From positions 64,001-128,000 of the forward strand of contig CAVTRY010000013.1 in NCBI GenBank assembly GCA_963737265.1: a DNA stretch of 64,000 nucleotides, written 5' to 3'. The notes beneath the pieces are model-generated. The model did not search any database. It saw only the letters and a list, made by a program, of their open reading frames with translations, and was not told the DNA's origin. The DNA comes from an uncultured delta proteobacterium (lineage in GTDB: Bacteria > Myxococcota_A > Polyangia > Fen-1088). Of this stretch, positions 1 through 8,555 are shown in pieces; position 1 is the first letter of the stretch; every line of letters begins with the position of its first letter. Both the position numbers and the translations under genes were made by a program.

Positions 1-1105
1 TTTCCGCGGGGGTCACGCCATCCGTCTTGACGCGCTCGAATTCCTCGTAGATCAGCTTCTCGACCTCGCCCTCATCCTGTCCCGGCTTGAGCAAAGCAAA
101 GGCCTGAAACAGAGCCGGGCCGCGCCGGAAGTCAATTCCACCGGCCACTTGCAGAGCCACGGTTTTTTCCTTCACGAGCTTTTGATAGAGGCGCGAGGAT
201 GGGCCGCCAAACAAAATATCGCCCAGCATGTCCAGCGCGTAGAAATCAGGCGTATTCGCCGGAACTGTTTTGTAGACGATGTCCAGCCGCGGCAGGCGGG
301 CGAAAGAATCCTCGACCACGGTTCTGCGTTCGGCGGTTTGCGCGGGTTCGGTCATGTCCACGGAGGGAGCGGCGGGCTGGCGCGGGATGTCTTCAAAATA
401 TTTCTTTATTTTCTCTAGGGTTTCCGCGGATTTGAAATCGCCGACGAGGGCCAGGACGGCATTGTCGGGCGCGTAATACGTCTTGAAAAACCGCGCAACA
501 TCCTCGACGCTTGCCGCGTTCAAGTCCTCCATCGAGCCCATCGTGGAGTGCTTATAGGCGAAATTGTCGTAGGCCAGATTTTCGAGAATTTCATCCGTCT
601 TTCCGTAGGGCTGATTATCCATGCGCAGGCGGCGCTCTTCCTGGACGGCGTTGCGCTGGTTATCGAGATTGGCCTGCGTGATTTTCAAGGCGCGCATGCG
701 GTCGGACTCGAGGAACAGCGCCATGTCCAGCTGGTTGGCCGGCACGCGCTCGTAATAATTGGTCGAGTCATCGTTCGTTGTGCCGTTCACGTCGCCGCCG
801 TTCACGCGCACGAGGATCAGGTGCTCGCCCTTGCCCACGTTTTGCGAGCCCTGGAACATCATGTGTTCAAAAAGGTGCGCGAATCCGGTGTGGCCCGGCA
901 GTTCGTTCCGCGATCCGACGTCATAGGTGACGCAAAGCGATACCGTCGGCGCCGCATGGTCTTCCGAGAGCACGACTCGCAAGCCGTTCTTCAGGGTGTA
1001 CTGTTCGATGGGAATTTTTACTTCCTGGGCCGCCGCGATCGTTACCGCCGCGATTCCCAGCGCCAGTGCGAGCCCGGCGATGGAACGCATTCTGAAGCGC
1101 TTCAT
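1..1105 (-). CDS. M16 (pitrilysin/insulinase) zinc peptidase, 3' end outside window
   Basis: Manual translation from ATG at 1105: signal-like N-terminus, TLKNGLRVVLSEDH, DVGSRNE, inverted zinc motif GFAHLFEHMMF (HxxEH). Same frame still reads as M16 at base 2. Not in the ORF track because it has no stop. Confidence 0.92.
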   Translation of the reverse strand, partial: MKRFRMRSIAGLALALGIAAVTIAAAQEVKIPIEQYTLKNGLRVVLSEDHAAPTVSLCVTYDVGSRNELPGHTGFAHLFEHMMFQGSQNVGKGEHLILVRVNGGDVNGTTNDDSTNYYERVPANQLDMALFLESDRMRALKITQANLDNQRNAVQEERRLRMDNQPYGKTDEILENLAYDNFAYKHSTMGSMEDLNAASVEDVARFFKTYYAPDNAVLALVGDFKSAETLEKIKKYFEDIPRQPAAPSVDMTEPAQTAERRTVVEDSFARLPRLDIVYKTVPANTPDFYALDMLGDILFGGPSSRLYQKLVKEKTVALQVAGGIDFRRGPALFQAFALLKPGQDEGEVEKLIYEEFERVKTDGVTPAE

Positions 1106-1257
1106 GGTGAACTCCGGCCAAAAGTCTTTCTGGCAGACACTCTATCCTACGTTCAATAGACGTTTGCCGGCAGCAATAGTTTCCTCCCGTGTCGCAAAGT
1201 GCGCCTCGGAGTCGTGGTATCGCATCAAACTCTCCTCCGAGGTAAACTCTAGCGTCC

Positions 1258-2070
1258 ATGGAAACCACCCCCGGCACGAATGTCATCGAGGTTCTTTCCC
1301 TTACTCGGCGGTACGGCTCGCTTGTTGCGGTCGATCACCTGACGTTTTCCGTTGCATCCGGTGCGACCTTCGGATTGCTCGGACCGAACGGCGCGGGGAA
1401 GAGCACGCTCATCAAAATGCTGACGACGCTGCTTCCCGTCACGGAAGGCAATGCGAAAATCGCCGGCTTTGATCTGGTGAAGCATCCCGAGCTCGTGCGA
1501 AAGAAGATCGGGTACGTCTCCCAGATGCTGTCCGCGGATGGCGACCTGACCGGCTACGAGAACCTGCTGATTTCCGCGAAGCTTTACGGGATGCCGAGAG
1601 CGGAGCGTTCGCGCCGGATCGCGCAAGCCCTGGAATTTATGGACCTCGCGCATGTCGGCGGAAAACTCGTGCGCCAATATTCCGGCGGCATGATTCGCCG
1701 CCTCGAAATCGCGCAATCCATGCTGCACCGGCCCGCTGTTCTATTCATGGATGAGCCTTCCGTCGGCCTCGATCCTTCCGCAAAACGCTCCGTGTGGGAA
1801 CGGATCCGCGAACTGCGGCGCGAGTTCGGCACGACCATCCTGATGACCACGCACGACATGGAAGAGGCGGATCAGCTGTGCGAAACGGTGGCCGTCATGC
1901 ACCGCGGCGTGCTCGCCGCCATGGACACGCCGGCGGCGCTCAAGGCGCAAGTCGGAGCGGATGCCTCGCTCGACGATGTATTCATCCATTTCACGGGAGC
2001 CGCGATTTCCGAGGGAGGCGAACTGAAAGATGTCGCTCGCACAAGAATCACATCTCAGCGAATGGGCTGA
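1258..2070 (+). CDS. ABC transporter ATP-binding protein (DrrA/multidrug type)
   Basis: Walker A GPNGAGKST, signature YSGGM, Walker B VLFMDEP, H-loop TTH. Confidence 0.95.
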   Translation: METTPGTNVIEVLSLTRRYGSLVAVDHLTFSVASGATFGLLGPNGAGKSTLIKMLTTLLPVTEGNAKIAGFDLVKHPELVRKKIGYVSQMLSADGDLTGYENLLISAKLYGMPRAERSRRIAQALEFMDLAHVGGKLVRQYSGGMIRRLEIAQSMLHRPAVLFMDEPSVGLDPSAKRSVWERIRELRREFGTTILMTTHDMEEADQLCETVAVMHRGVLAAMDTPAALKAQVGADASLDDVFIHFTGAAISEGGELKDVARTRITSQRMG

Positions 2071-2853
2071 GCCGTTTCCCGGCGCGAATTATTTGCGCCA
2101 GACCTTGGCCGTCGCCGAAGCCGACGTCCGCAAACTCGTTCACGATCCCATCGAGCTTTTTACGCGCATGGTTCAGCCGGTCTTATGGCTGCTGATTTTC
2201 GGCCAGGTGTTCAACCGCACGCGCGCCATCCCCACCGGCGGCATCAGCTATCTGGATTTCATGGCGCCCGGAATTCTCGCGCAGAGCGTTCTGTTCGGAG
2301 CGATTTTTTACGGCATCTCGCTTGATTTGGGAGCGCGACCTGGGCATCGTCCAGAAATTTCTGGTGAGCCCCGCGCCGCGGAGCACGCTGGTGCTCGGGC
2401 GTGCAATTTCCTCGACCGTTCGCAGCCTGTGCCAGATGGTATTTGTGTATCTCCTGTCCTATCTCCTGCACATCCAGCTTCGATTCGGAGTACTTGCGCT
2501 GGCGGGCGTCGCGCTGGCCGTGATGCTCGGATCGGCGATTTTCTCGACGTTCTCCCTGATCGTCGCGTGCATCGTGAAGTCGCGCGAACGCTTCATGGGG
2601 ATTGGACAGGTGCTGACGATGCCGCTCTTCTTCGCGAGCAACGCCATCTATCCGTTGATCCTGATGCCGTCGTGGCTGCAGCGCCGTGTCCAAATTGAAT
2701 CCGCTCTCCTACCAGGTGGACGCGCTGCGAACGCTGATGATCATGGGCAGCACGACTTCCTTCGGCCTGGGCAAGGATTTCCTGATGCTGTTTGTCGCGT
2801 TTGCGGTTCTGGTGGCCGTGGCTACGAAGCTCTATCCGACGATTGTTACTTGA
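2030..2853 (+). pseudogene. ABC-2 type permease with two apparent +1 frameshifts (~2322 and ~2681)
   Basis: ABC-2 motifs run across three frames: YLDFMAPGIL..GISL | IWERDLG..PLFFASNAIYP..WLQ | AVSKLNPLSYQVDALR..YPTIVT*. May be sequencing error rather than true pseudogenisation. Confidence 0.85.
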
Positions 2854-2857
2854 ACTC

Positions 2858-2934
2858 AGTGGCGCACGCTTTAGCTTGTGGGGTTTTGATTTTCACGAGA
2901 ACTGCAAAAGCCACAGGCTAAAGCCTGCGCTACT
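2858..2934. repeat. REP-like imperfect inverted repeat between convergent genes
   Basis: AGTGGCGCACGCTTTAGCTTGTGG (2858-2881) pairs with CCACAGGCTAAAGCCTGCGCTACT (2911-2934), 21/24. Each arm is internally palindromic (AGGCT-AA-AGCCT type). Confidence 0.7.
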
Positions 2935-2942
2935 CGGATTCC

Positions 2943-5087
2943 TCACCACAATAATTTCAGGCCGAATTGCACTTGTCTTGAGGTTGTGGAGGTTTGAGTA
3001 AACGTTCCGGCCACGGGAGAAGGCGTGCCGGTGGCGGATGTGTATACGATCAAATTGGGCGTATCCAGGTTCGTCCGATTCAGGATGTTGAAAATCTCCG
3101 CGCGGAACTGCAGGTCGAGTCTTTCGAAGAGGTGCGTATCCTTCAGAACGGAAAAGTCCCATGTGCCGAGCCCTGGACCCGTCAGCACATCTCTCCCCAC
3201 GTTTCCAAATGTTCCTGAAGGCGGGACCGCGAAAAAGGCCGGATTAAACCACTGAGCTGCAGTGCCTAGAATTACATTGCCCGCGGGGGGATTCGGATTC
3301 CAGGACGGCCGCACTGGATTTTTCGAATCCCCGTCGTTCGAAGGATTGAAGCTCAGTTGCGGCGTGAAGGGGAATCCGGACTGGATCGTGACGATGCTGT
3401 TCAACGTCCATCCGCCGACGATGCCGTTCGCCCAGCCGCTCATGCCGTTCATGAATTGCCTGCCGTTCCCGATGGGCAGGTCATAGCTGACGTTCATCAC
3501 GCCCGCGTTTCGAACGTCGTAGGTGGCCGGGCCCCAGTCCGCCTTTATATTCAGCGGATTTGCTACGAGCGCGGGTGCATTCGCCGCTGCGGTGGCATTC
3601 AGGGAATCTCCATCGTCTTCGGCCTTGGACCATGTATAGGCGCCGCGGAACGTCAGGCCTTTGCTGAAGCGATGTCGCACGTCCACGGTCATGGCGTTGT
3701 ACATGCTGTCGCCCTCGGAAAACCAGCTGTAGGTGTTGGCCAGCGAGGGGTTCGCCCTGGTTGTCGTGGGTGTGTAAATCGTCCCGGCGGGCAGGGTTCC
3801 GGGGCACGGGGACGCGGGGCAAATGATTTGGGCGGGTACGTTCGTATCCACGCTGAGGAGCTCATGGTCGCCATGCGCGCCGACGTAACCCACGCTGATC
3901 GAAGTATTCGGCGTGATTTCCTGCTCGATTTTCAAGCTGTAGGAATACACGGTCGGAGTTTTCATGTTCGGATCCACTCCTCCCGGCGCGAGCTTTGTCC
4001 CGGCGGGCGACGCGACGCCCGCGGAAATCGGAACGATATTCTGCGAGAGGGGAAACTTGTCGAGCGTAAGGTTGGGAATGGAGTAGGTCGGGTTAAACGG
4101 CGCGTTCTGATCGGTGCGGTAGCCGAGCGCGTCCTCCAAATCATTGTAAATTCCGGCTCCGGCGCGCACGACGGTCTTGCTCCCGATGGGGCTCCATGCA
4201 ATGGCGATCCGCGGTTGCGGCAGGAACCACGCGTTATTGGTGACGAAAGAATTGTTTCCGATCGTCGGCTGCGTGTTGATCACGCCATTCGTGAACTGGT
4301 AATTCGAGGCTCGCCCATACGCTTCGTTCCAACCGGTGGAGAACTCATCGCGGAAGCCCAGGGAGAGCGTCAGGGACGGGGTCACGCGGATGACGTCCTC
4401 TACATAAAATGCGCCGAACAGTGAGCGCCAGCTCAGAGGCGCCGATGCCGGATCGATAAGGAAACTCCCAGTGCTGAAGCTTCCACCCAGGAAAGCGCTC
4501 AAGCTTGGAAACGTGGCCTGTCCGTATTGGCTGAGCGCAATGTTTTCGTTGGACTGGAAACGTTGGAACCACGCTCCGAATTTGAACTGGTGCCGTCCCA
4601 TGGTGTACGCCGCTTGATCTTCGTACGTGAACAAATTTCTGTGCAGGTCAAGATTGCTTCCATTGTTGCTGCCGGCCAGTGCGATCTGGGCTGCCGGGTT
4701 GGACGCGGCGCTACCTCCTACCACAACCGCGCCAACAAACGGAATCCCGGGCAAGAACGGCGAGACAGCGGCAGCCGGGGTGCCCGGCGTAGGCTCCCCT
4801 GTAAAATAGTACCCTGCGCGGGAGAAACCGATTCGCGCGGTGTTGAGCAGCGTGGGCGAGAAGATATGCGTTTCCTCGATGCTCACAACCTGCTCACGCA
4901 AACTTGTCGCGTCCGCCATGAAGGGATTGATCGCGGTAGCGGTCTGGTCCGCGCTGTCGTCCACGGTGTAGACGACACCGACGGAATCCTTGTCCGAAAA
5001 GATATGGTCGACTCGCGCGGTGCCGAAATCTTCCCGGATCGTTTGTAGTGGATTGGCAAAATTTTCGGCAATGCCGGTGTGCAAATC
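2943..5087 (-). CDS. Oar-like TonB-dependent receptor, C-terminal beta-barrel part only
   Basis: PRIAIAWSP, VVRAGAGIY, TFRGAYTWSKAED, FGNVGRDVLTGPG, QFRAEIFNILN and terminal RQVQFGLKLLW are typical of acidobacterial TBDRs. Signal peptide and plug are missing. Confidence 0.9.
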   Translation of the reverse strand, partial: DLHTGIAENFANPLQTIREDFGTARVDHIFSDKDSVGVVYTVDDSADQTATAINPFMADATSLREQVVSIEETHIFSPTLLNTARIGFSRAGYYFTGEPTPGTPAAAVSPFLPGIPFVGAVVVGGSAASNPAAQIALAGSNNGSNLDLHRNLFTYEDQAAYTMGRHQFKFGAWFQRFQSNENIALSQYGQATFPSLSAFLGGSFSTGSFLIDPASAPLSWRSLFGAFYVEDVIRVTPSLTLSLGFRDEFSTGWNEAYGRASNYQFTNGVINTQPTIGNNSFVTNNAWFLPQPRIAIAWSPIGSKTVVRAGAGIYNDLEDALGYRTDQNAPFNPTYSIPNLTLDKFPLSQNIVPISAGVASPAGTKLAPGGVDPNMKTPTVYSYSLKIEQEITPNTSISVGYVGAHGDHELLSVDTNVPAQIICPASPCPGTLPAGTIYTPTTTRANPSLANTYSWFSEGDSMYNAMTVDVRHRFSKGLTFRGAYTWSKAEDDGDSLNATAAANAPALVANPLNIKADWGPATYDVRNAGVMNVSYDLPIGNGRQFMNGMSGWANGIVGGWTLNSIVTIQSGFPFTPQLSFNPSNDGDSKNPVRPSWNPNPPAGNVILGTAAQWFNPAFFAVPPSGTFGNVGRDVLTGPGLGTWDFSVLKDTHLFERLDLQFRAEIFNILNRTNLDTPNLIVYTSATGTPSPVAGTFTQTSTTSRQVQFGLKLLW

Positions 5088-5426
5088 CTGCACGCCTTCG
5101 AGGTCGTGAAATGCGCGGTCGTCCACAACGACATGGTTTTTGAAAACCGTACCCCCGTGAACCATGCGATGTCCGATGGCATCCGGAACGAGATTCGGAT
5201 CGCGTTCGAGCAACTTCATAACCGCGGCGAATGCGGCCGCGTGGTCCTGCATGTCGAGGGTGTGCGTTTCCTCGATGCCGGCCGCGTGATGGTGGATGCG
5301 CGCCGGCAGGGCGGTCTTGGGCCCCACGCGTTCGGCCTCCCCGGCGGCGAGCTCAATCTCGCCGGGCATTTCGAGCAGGCGGTATTTGAGCGACGAGCTT
5401 CCGCAATTGAACACAATGATGCGCAT
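5082..5426 (-). pseudogene. ackA: Acetate/propionate kinase N-terminal ~115 aa, truncated at junction
   Basis: MRIIVFNCGSSSLKY and AIGHRMVHGG motifs. Sequence breaks at QDL just where APLHNP is expected. Confidence 0.9.
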
Positions 5427-5453
5427 AACGACCTCGCGAAGGGTGCTTCGGTA

Positions 5454-6671
5454 CTAGATGCTGTCGGGAATCCAGCCAAACACGGGAATGCCGACCAGAC
5501 CGTGGGCCATTGCCGCCGTGCCGTAGGTGCAGGTCACGAGCTTGGAAATGGCAACGGATTCGCCTTCGCGATGGGCCTGCTCTTCGTGGCCGGGGCCGTA
5601 GCCGACGGTGGGGATGTTGTAGTCGTTCACCAGCAGGCTGCCTGCGGTGCCCATTCCGAGGCGCGCCAACTTCCAGCGGCCCGGCTTGGCATCGCAGCCG
5701 GCGGCGGTAAGGGCTTGTCGTGCGCGCGCAAGCAGTGGGCTGAAGGGATCGGTGGTCCACGCGTGCGAAACCTTCTTGGCCTTGATCACGAGACCGCTGG
5801 CGATGGTTTCGCTGCGCTCGCGAACCGCGACTTCGACCTCCATAGTTCCGGCCATCTTGGCCACGCGCACGGCCTCGCCGCGCATGCGGCTGATCAGGTT
5901 GTCGACGCTGTCGCCGGTGCCGAGACGGCGTTGCAGGCTAATCACCGCCTGGCGATAACCGGGCCCATCTTCGTACTGCGTGCTTCCGAGCGCGATGTCC
6001 TCGACGCTGGTGTCGGCGCCCGGCTCGCCGAGCGCGCGCGCCACCAATTCGGCCGCGTCGGAGACGCGGAATGGGTTCGCGCCCCGCAACGTGACTTCCA
6101 TCTCGGCGCGGCCGTCGTGACCGTAGTAAAGACCGAGATCGGTGGGTTCGCCGAGAATGGCGTAGCTGGGACGCAGACCCATTTCCTTGAGGGTGTAGTC
6201 GAGCAGGCCGCGCATTCCGATCGAGATGCCGTTTTCCTCGGCGACCGTCGCCGCCACCACCAGGGTTCCGCGCAACGGCAGAAGGCTGCGCTTGAGCAAG
6301 CCGGCCGCAAAAACCTGGGCGGCGAGTCCGCCCTTGCAGTCGGCGGCGCCGAGTCCGTGCAAGCGTCCGCCTTCGATGCGCCCGCTCCAGGGTGAATCGT
6401 CCCAGGTGCCGAGGTCGCCAGTGCCGACGGTGTCCATGTGACTTGACAGGAGCAGTGTCGGGCCTTCCTCGATTCCATGCATGATGCCCACGACGTTGCC
6501 GAAATCGTCGGCGGTGGCTTGGTCGAAACCGAGGAGGCGCATCTGATCGAGGACGACGGCGCCCGCCTTGGCCTCATCATGGGTTGGGCTTTTCGTGCGC
6601 AGCAACTCCTGGGTGAAAGCAACGAGTTCGGTTTGAAGTCCTTCGAGTTTTGTCTTGAGCAGATCGTACAT
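5454..6671 (-). CDS. M20/DapE-ArgE family metallohydrolase (YgeY-like)
   Basis: DDFGNVVG, SHMDTV, GLGAADCKG, VAEE, ILGEPT, GYGPG..AH. Start placed at MYDLL (6671), not the 7907 ORF start. Confidence 0.88.
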   Translation of the reverse strand: MYDLLKTKLEGLQTELVAFTQELLRTKSPTHDEAKAGAVVLDQMRLLGFDQATADDFGNVVGIMHGIEEGPTLLLSSHMDTVGTGDLGTWDDSPWSGRIEGGRLHGLGAADCKGGLAAQVFAAGLLKRSLLPLRGTLVVAATVAEENGISIGMRGLLDYTLKEMGLRPSYAILGEPTDLGLYYGHDGRAEMEVTLRGANPFRVSDAAELVARALGEPGADTSVEDIALGSTQYEDGPGYRQAVISLQRRLGTGDSVDNLISRMRGEAVRVAKMAGTMEVEVAVRERSETIASGLVIKAKKVSHAWTTDPFSPLLARARQALTAAGCDAKPGRWKLARLGMGTAGSLLVNDYNIPTVGYGPGHEEQAHREGESVAISKLVTCTYGTAAMAHGLVGIPVFGWIPDSI

Positions 6672-6719
6672 TGGGATTCCCTTCCATTGCCCGGGCACTT
6701 GCCGGTTGCCCCTAACCTC

Positions 6720-6736
6720 AGCAAGCGGCGTGCCGG
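6720..6736 (-). promoter_or_regulatory. sigma54 (-24/-12) promoter of the M20-ackA operon
   Basis: Minus strand CCGGCACGCCGCTTGCT fits GG-N10-GC and the TGGCACG-N4-TTGC consensus. About 50 bp upstream of the ATG and next to a divergent bEBP gene. Confidence 0.8.
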
Positions 6737-6821
6737 GATTTCCGCCAGACGTGTTTGCTCGGGATCTCGGCGAAAAGGGCCGGCTGGGCGCAGTTGGCGC
6801 GGCGCGAGCGTTCACGCCGGC

Positions 6822-6856
6822 GTTGCACAATGAAATAGTGTGTTTCATAGTGAAAC
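6822..6856. promoter_or_regulatory. Two tandem palindromes, putative bEBP enhancer (UAS) sites
   Basis: GTTGCA-CAA-TGAAAT (6822-6836) and GTTTCA-TAG-TGAAAC (6842-6856). Centres are 20 bp apart, AT-rich, ~90-120 bp upstream of the -24 box. Confidence 0.65.
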
Positions 6857-6860
6857 TGCC

Positions 6861-8480
6861 ATGCGCGCCGCCGATCTTCGCCTCGACGAGCTCCTTACCT
6901 TTCGCGAGGGCTCCATCGATTTTCAAGGCCGCCGGCTCGTCCTGCACAGCACGGACGCGTTCGCGAGCCTGCGCAAAGATCTCTTTGAAATGGTGGGAGC
7001 GCGCCAAGCGCGTCGCATTCTTACGCGATACGCGTACTTCTGGGGACAGGCCGACGCGGCTGCCATGCGCCGAGTGTTCAAGTGGGACACTCTTCTCGAT
7101 CTGGTGAAGGCCGGGCCACGCCTGCACGCCTTGCAGGGTGTGGCTCGTTGGGTAACCAAGCGTCTGGATCTCGACGAAAAGACCGGCCATTTCTTCATGG
7201 ATGTGACTTGGCACGGTTCGGGCGAGGCGGACGAACATCTCGCCCATCTCGGCAAGGGCGATCACCCGGTGTGCTGGATGCTCGCCGGCTACGCGAGCGG
7301 GTTCATGTCCTACGTGCTCAACAATAATATCTACTTCATCGAGCAGAGTTGTAGAGCCCAGGGCGGACGGGTGTGCACCGCCATCGGGAAAGACGTCGAT
7401 TCGTGGAGGGGCGAGCTTGCCCCGCACCAGGCGTACTTTTCCGCCGACGACATCAAGGGGAAGATTCGCAATCTCAGCGAAGCGCTGCGCCGTGTCTCGC
7501 GCGAGCTGGCGGCCAACGAGCGCCAGTTGTCCACGCTCACCAAGCCGCCTCTGGTCGAGGTGCGCAGCCCGTCGTTCACGCGGGTGATCGATCTGGCAAC
7601 GCGCATCGCCCCCTTCGATTCTTCCGTGCTCATCACCGGCGAAAGCGGCGTCGGCAAGGAGGTCGTCGCGCGCCTTGTGCACGCGCGTTCGTTGCGGACC
7701 AAGGGACCGTTCCTGGCCATCAATTGTGGCGCGCTTCCCGAGACGCTGCTCGACTCGGAGCTGTTCGGGCACAAGGCCGGTGCGTTCACCGGCGCCATCG
7801 CGGATCGCGCCGGCCTGTTCGAAGCGGCCGCGGGCGGAACCATCTTTCTCGACGAGATCGGCGATATTTCCCAGGCCATGCAGGTCAAACTGCTGCGCGT
7901 GTTGCAAGAACGAGAAATCCGTCGCGTGGGGGGAAGCCGGACGCGCGCCATCGACGTGCGCGTACTGGCCGCCACCAACCGCGATTTGGTCGCGGACATG
8001 CGTTCAGGGCGCTTCCGCGAAGATCTCTACTATCGCTTGCGCGTGGTCGAGATTGTCGTTCCGCCCTTGCGCGAAAGGCCCGAGGACATTCTGCCCTTGG
8101 CCCGGTTCTTCACCGAGCGCCTGCGGACCAAGCTCAAGATTCCGAATCTGCGGTTGGACGCGCCCTGTATCGACTTCCTATGCGCCTACTCTTGGCCGGG
8201 CAATGTGCGCGAGCTGGAGAACGCGATTGAGCGCGCTGCGATCTTGTCGCGCGATGGAAACATGACGCCAGACCTGCTGCCGTCCGGGGTCGTGCATGGC
8301 CAAGAACCGGCAACGGCAAAGCCCGCCAGCAAGAACCGCACCCTGGCCGAGCTGGAAACCCAGCAGGTGGAGGCCGTGCTGCGCCAGACCAACGGCAACC
8401 GCAAACGTGCCGCTGCGATTTTGGGCATCAGCACCGCGACCCTGTGGCGGAAGCTGAAGCGACGGGCCGCACTAGACTAG
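6861..8480 (+). CDS. sigma54-dependent activator with XylR_N/V4R sensor, AAA+ and Fis-type HTH
   Basis: GSIDFQGRRLVL (XylR_N), VCWMLAGYASG..EQSCRAQG..C (V4R), GESGVGKE, GAFTGA, FLDEIG, WPGNVRELEN, C-terminal HTH. Confidence 0.93.
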   Translation: MRAADLRLDELLTFREGSIDFQGRRLVLHSTDAFASLRKDLFEMVGARQARRILTRYAYFWGQADAAAMRRVFKWDTLLDLVKAGPRLHALQGVARWVTKRLDLDEKTGHFFMDVTWHGSGEADEHLAHLGKGDHPVCWMLAGYASGFMSYVLNNNIYFIEQSCRAQGGRVCTAIGKDVDSWRGELAPHQAYFSADDIKGKIRNLSEALRRVSRELAANERQLSTLTKPPLVEVRSPSFTRVIDLATRIAPFDSSVLITGESGVGKEVVARLVHARSLRTKGPFLAINCGALPETLLDSELFGHKAGAFTGAIADRAGLFEAAAGGTIFLDEIGDISQAMQVKLLRVLQEREIRRVGGSRTRAIDVRVLAATNRDLVADMRSGRFREDLYYRLRVVEIVVPPLRERPEDILPLARFFTERLRTKLKIPNLRLDAPCIDFLCAYSWPGNVRELENAIERAAILSRDGNMTPDLLPSGVVHGQEPATAKPASKNRTLAELETQQVEAVLRQTNGNRKRAAAILGISTATLWRKLKRRAALD

Positions 8481-8555
8481 TCTAGTCGTGCGAGGCGTGA
8501 TGTACCTGCGCTCGCTTCATTAGACCAGACCTACTGATCGCTGCTCGCGTCGCGG

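Noticed and set aside
2943-5426. 827-aa ORF as a genuine acetate kinase-TBDR fusion protein
   Set aside because: Both halves lack essential parts (kinase C-lobe; receptor signal and plug) and belong to incompatible compartments. Treated as a junction.
6672-7907. Long N-terminal extension of the M20 ORF
   Set aside because: Antisense shadow of the sigma54 activator. A promoter lies within it.
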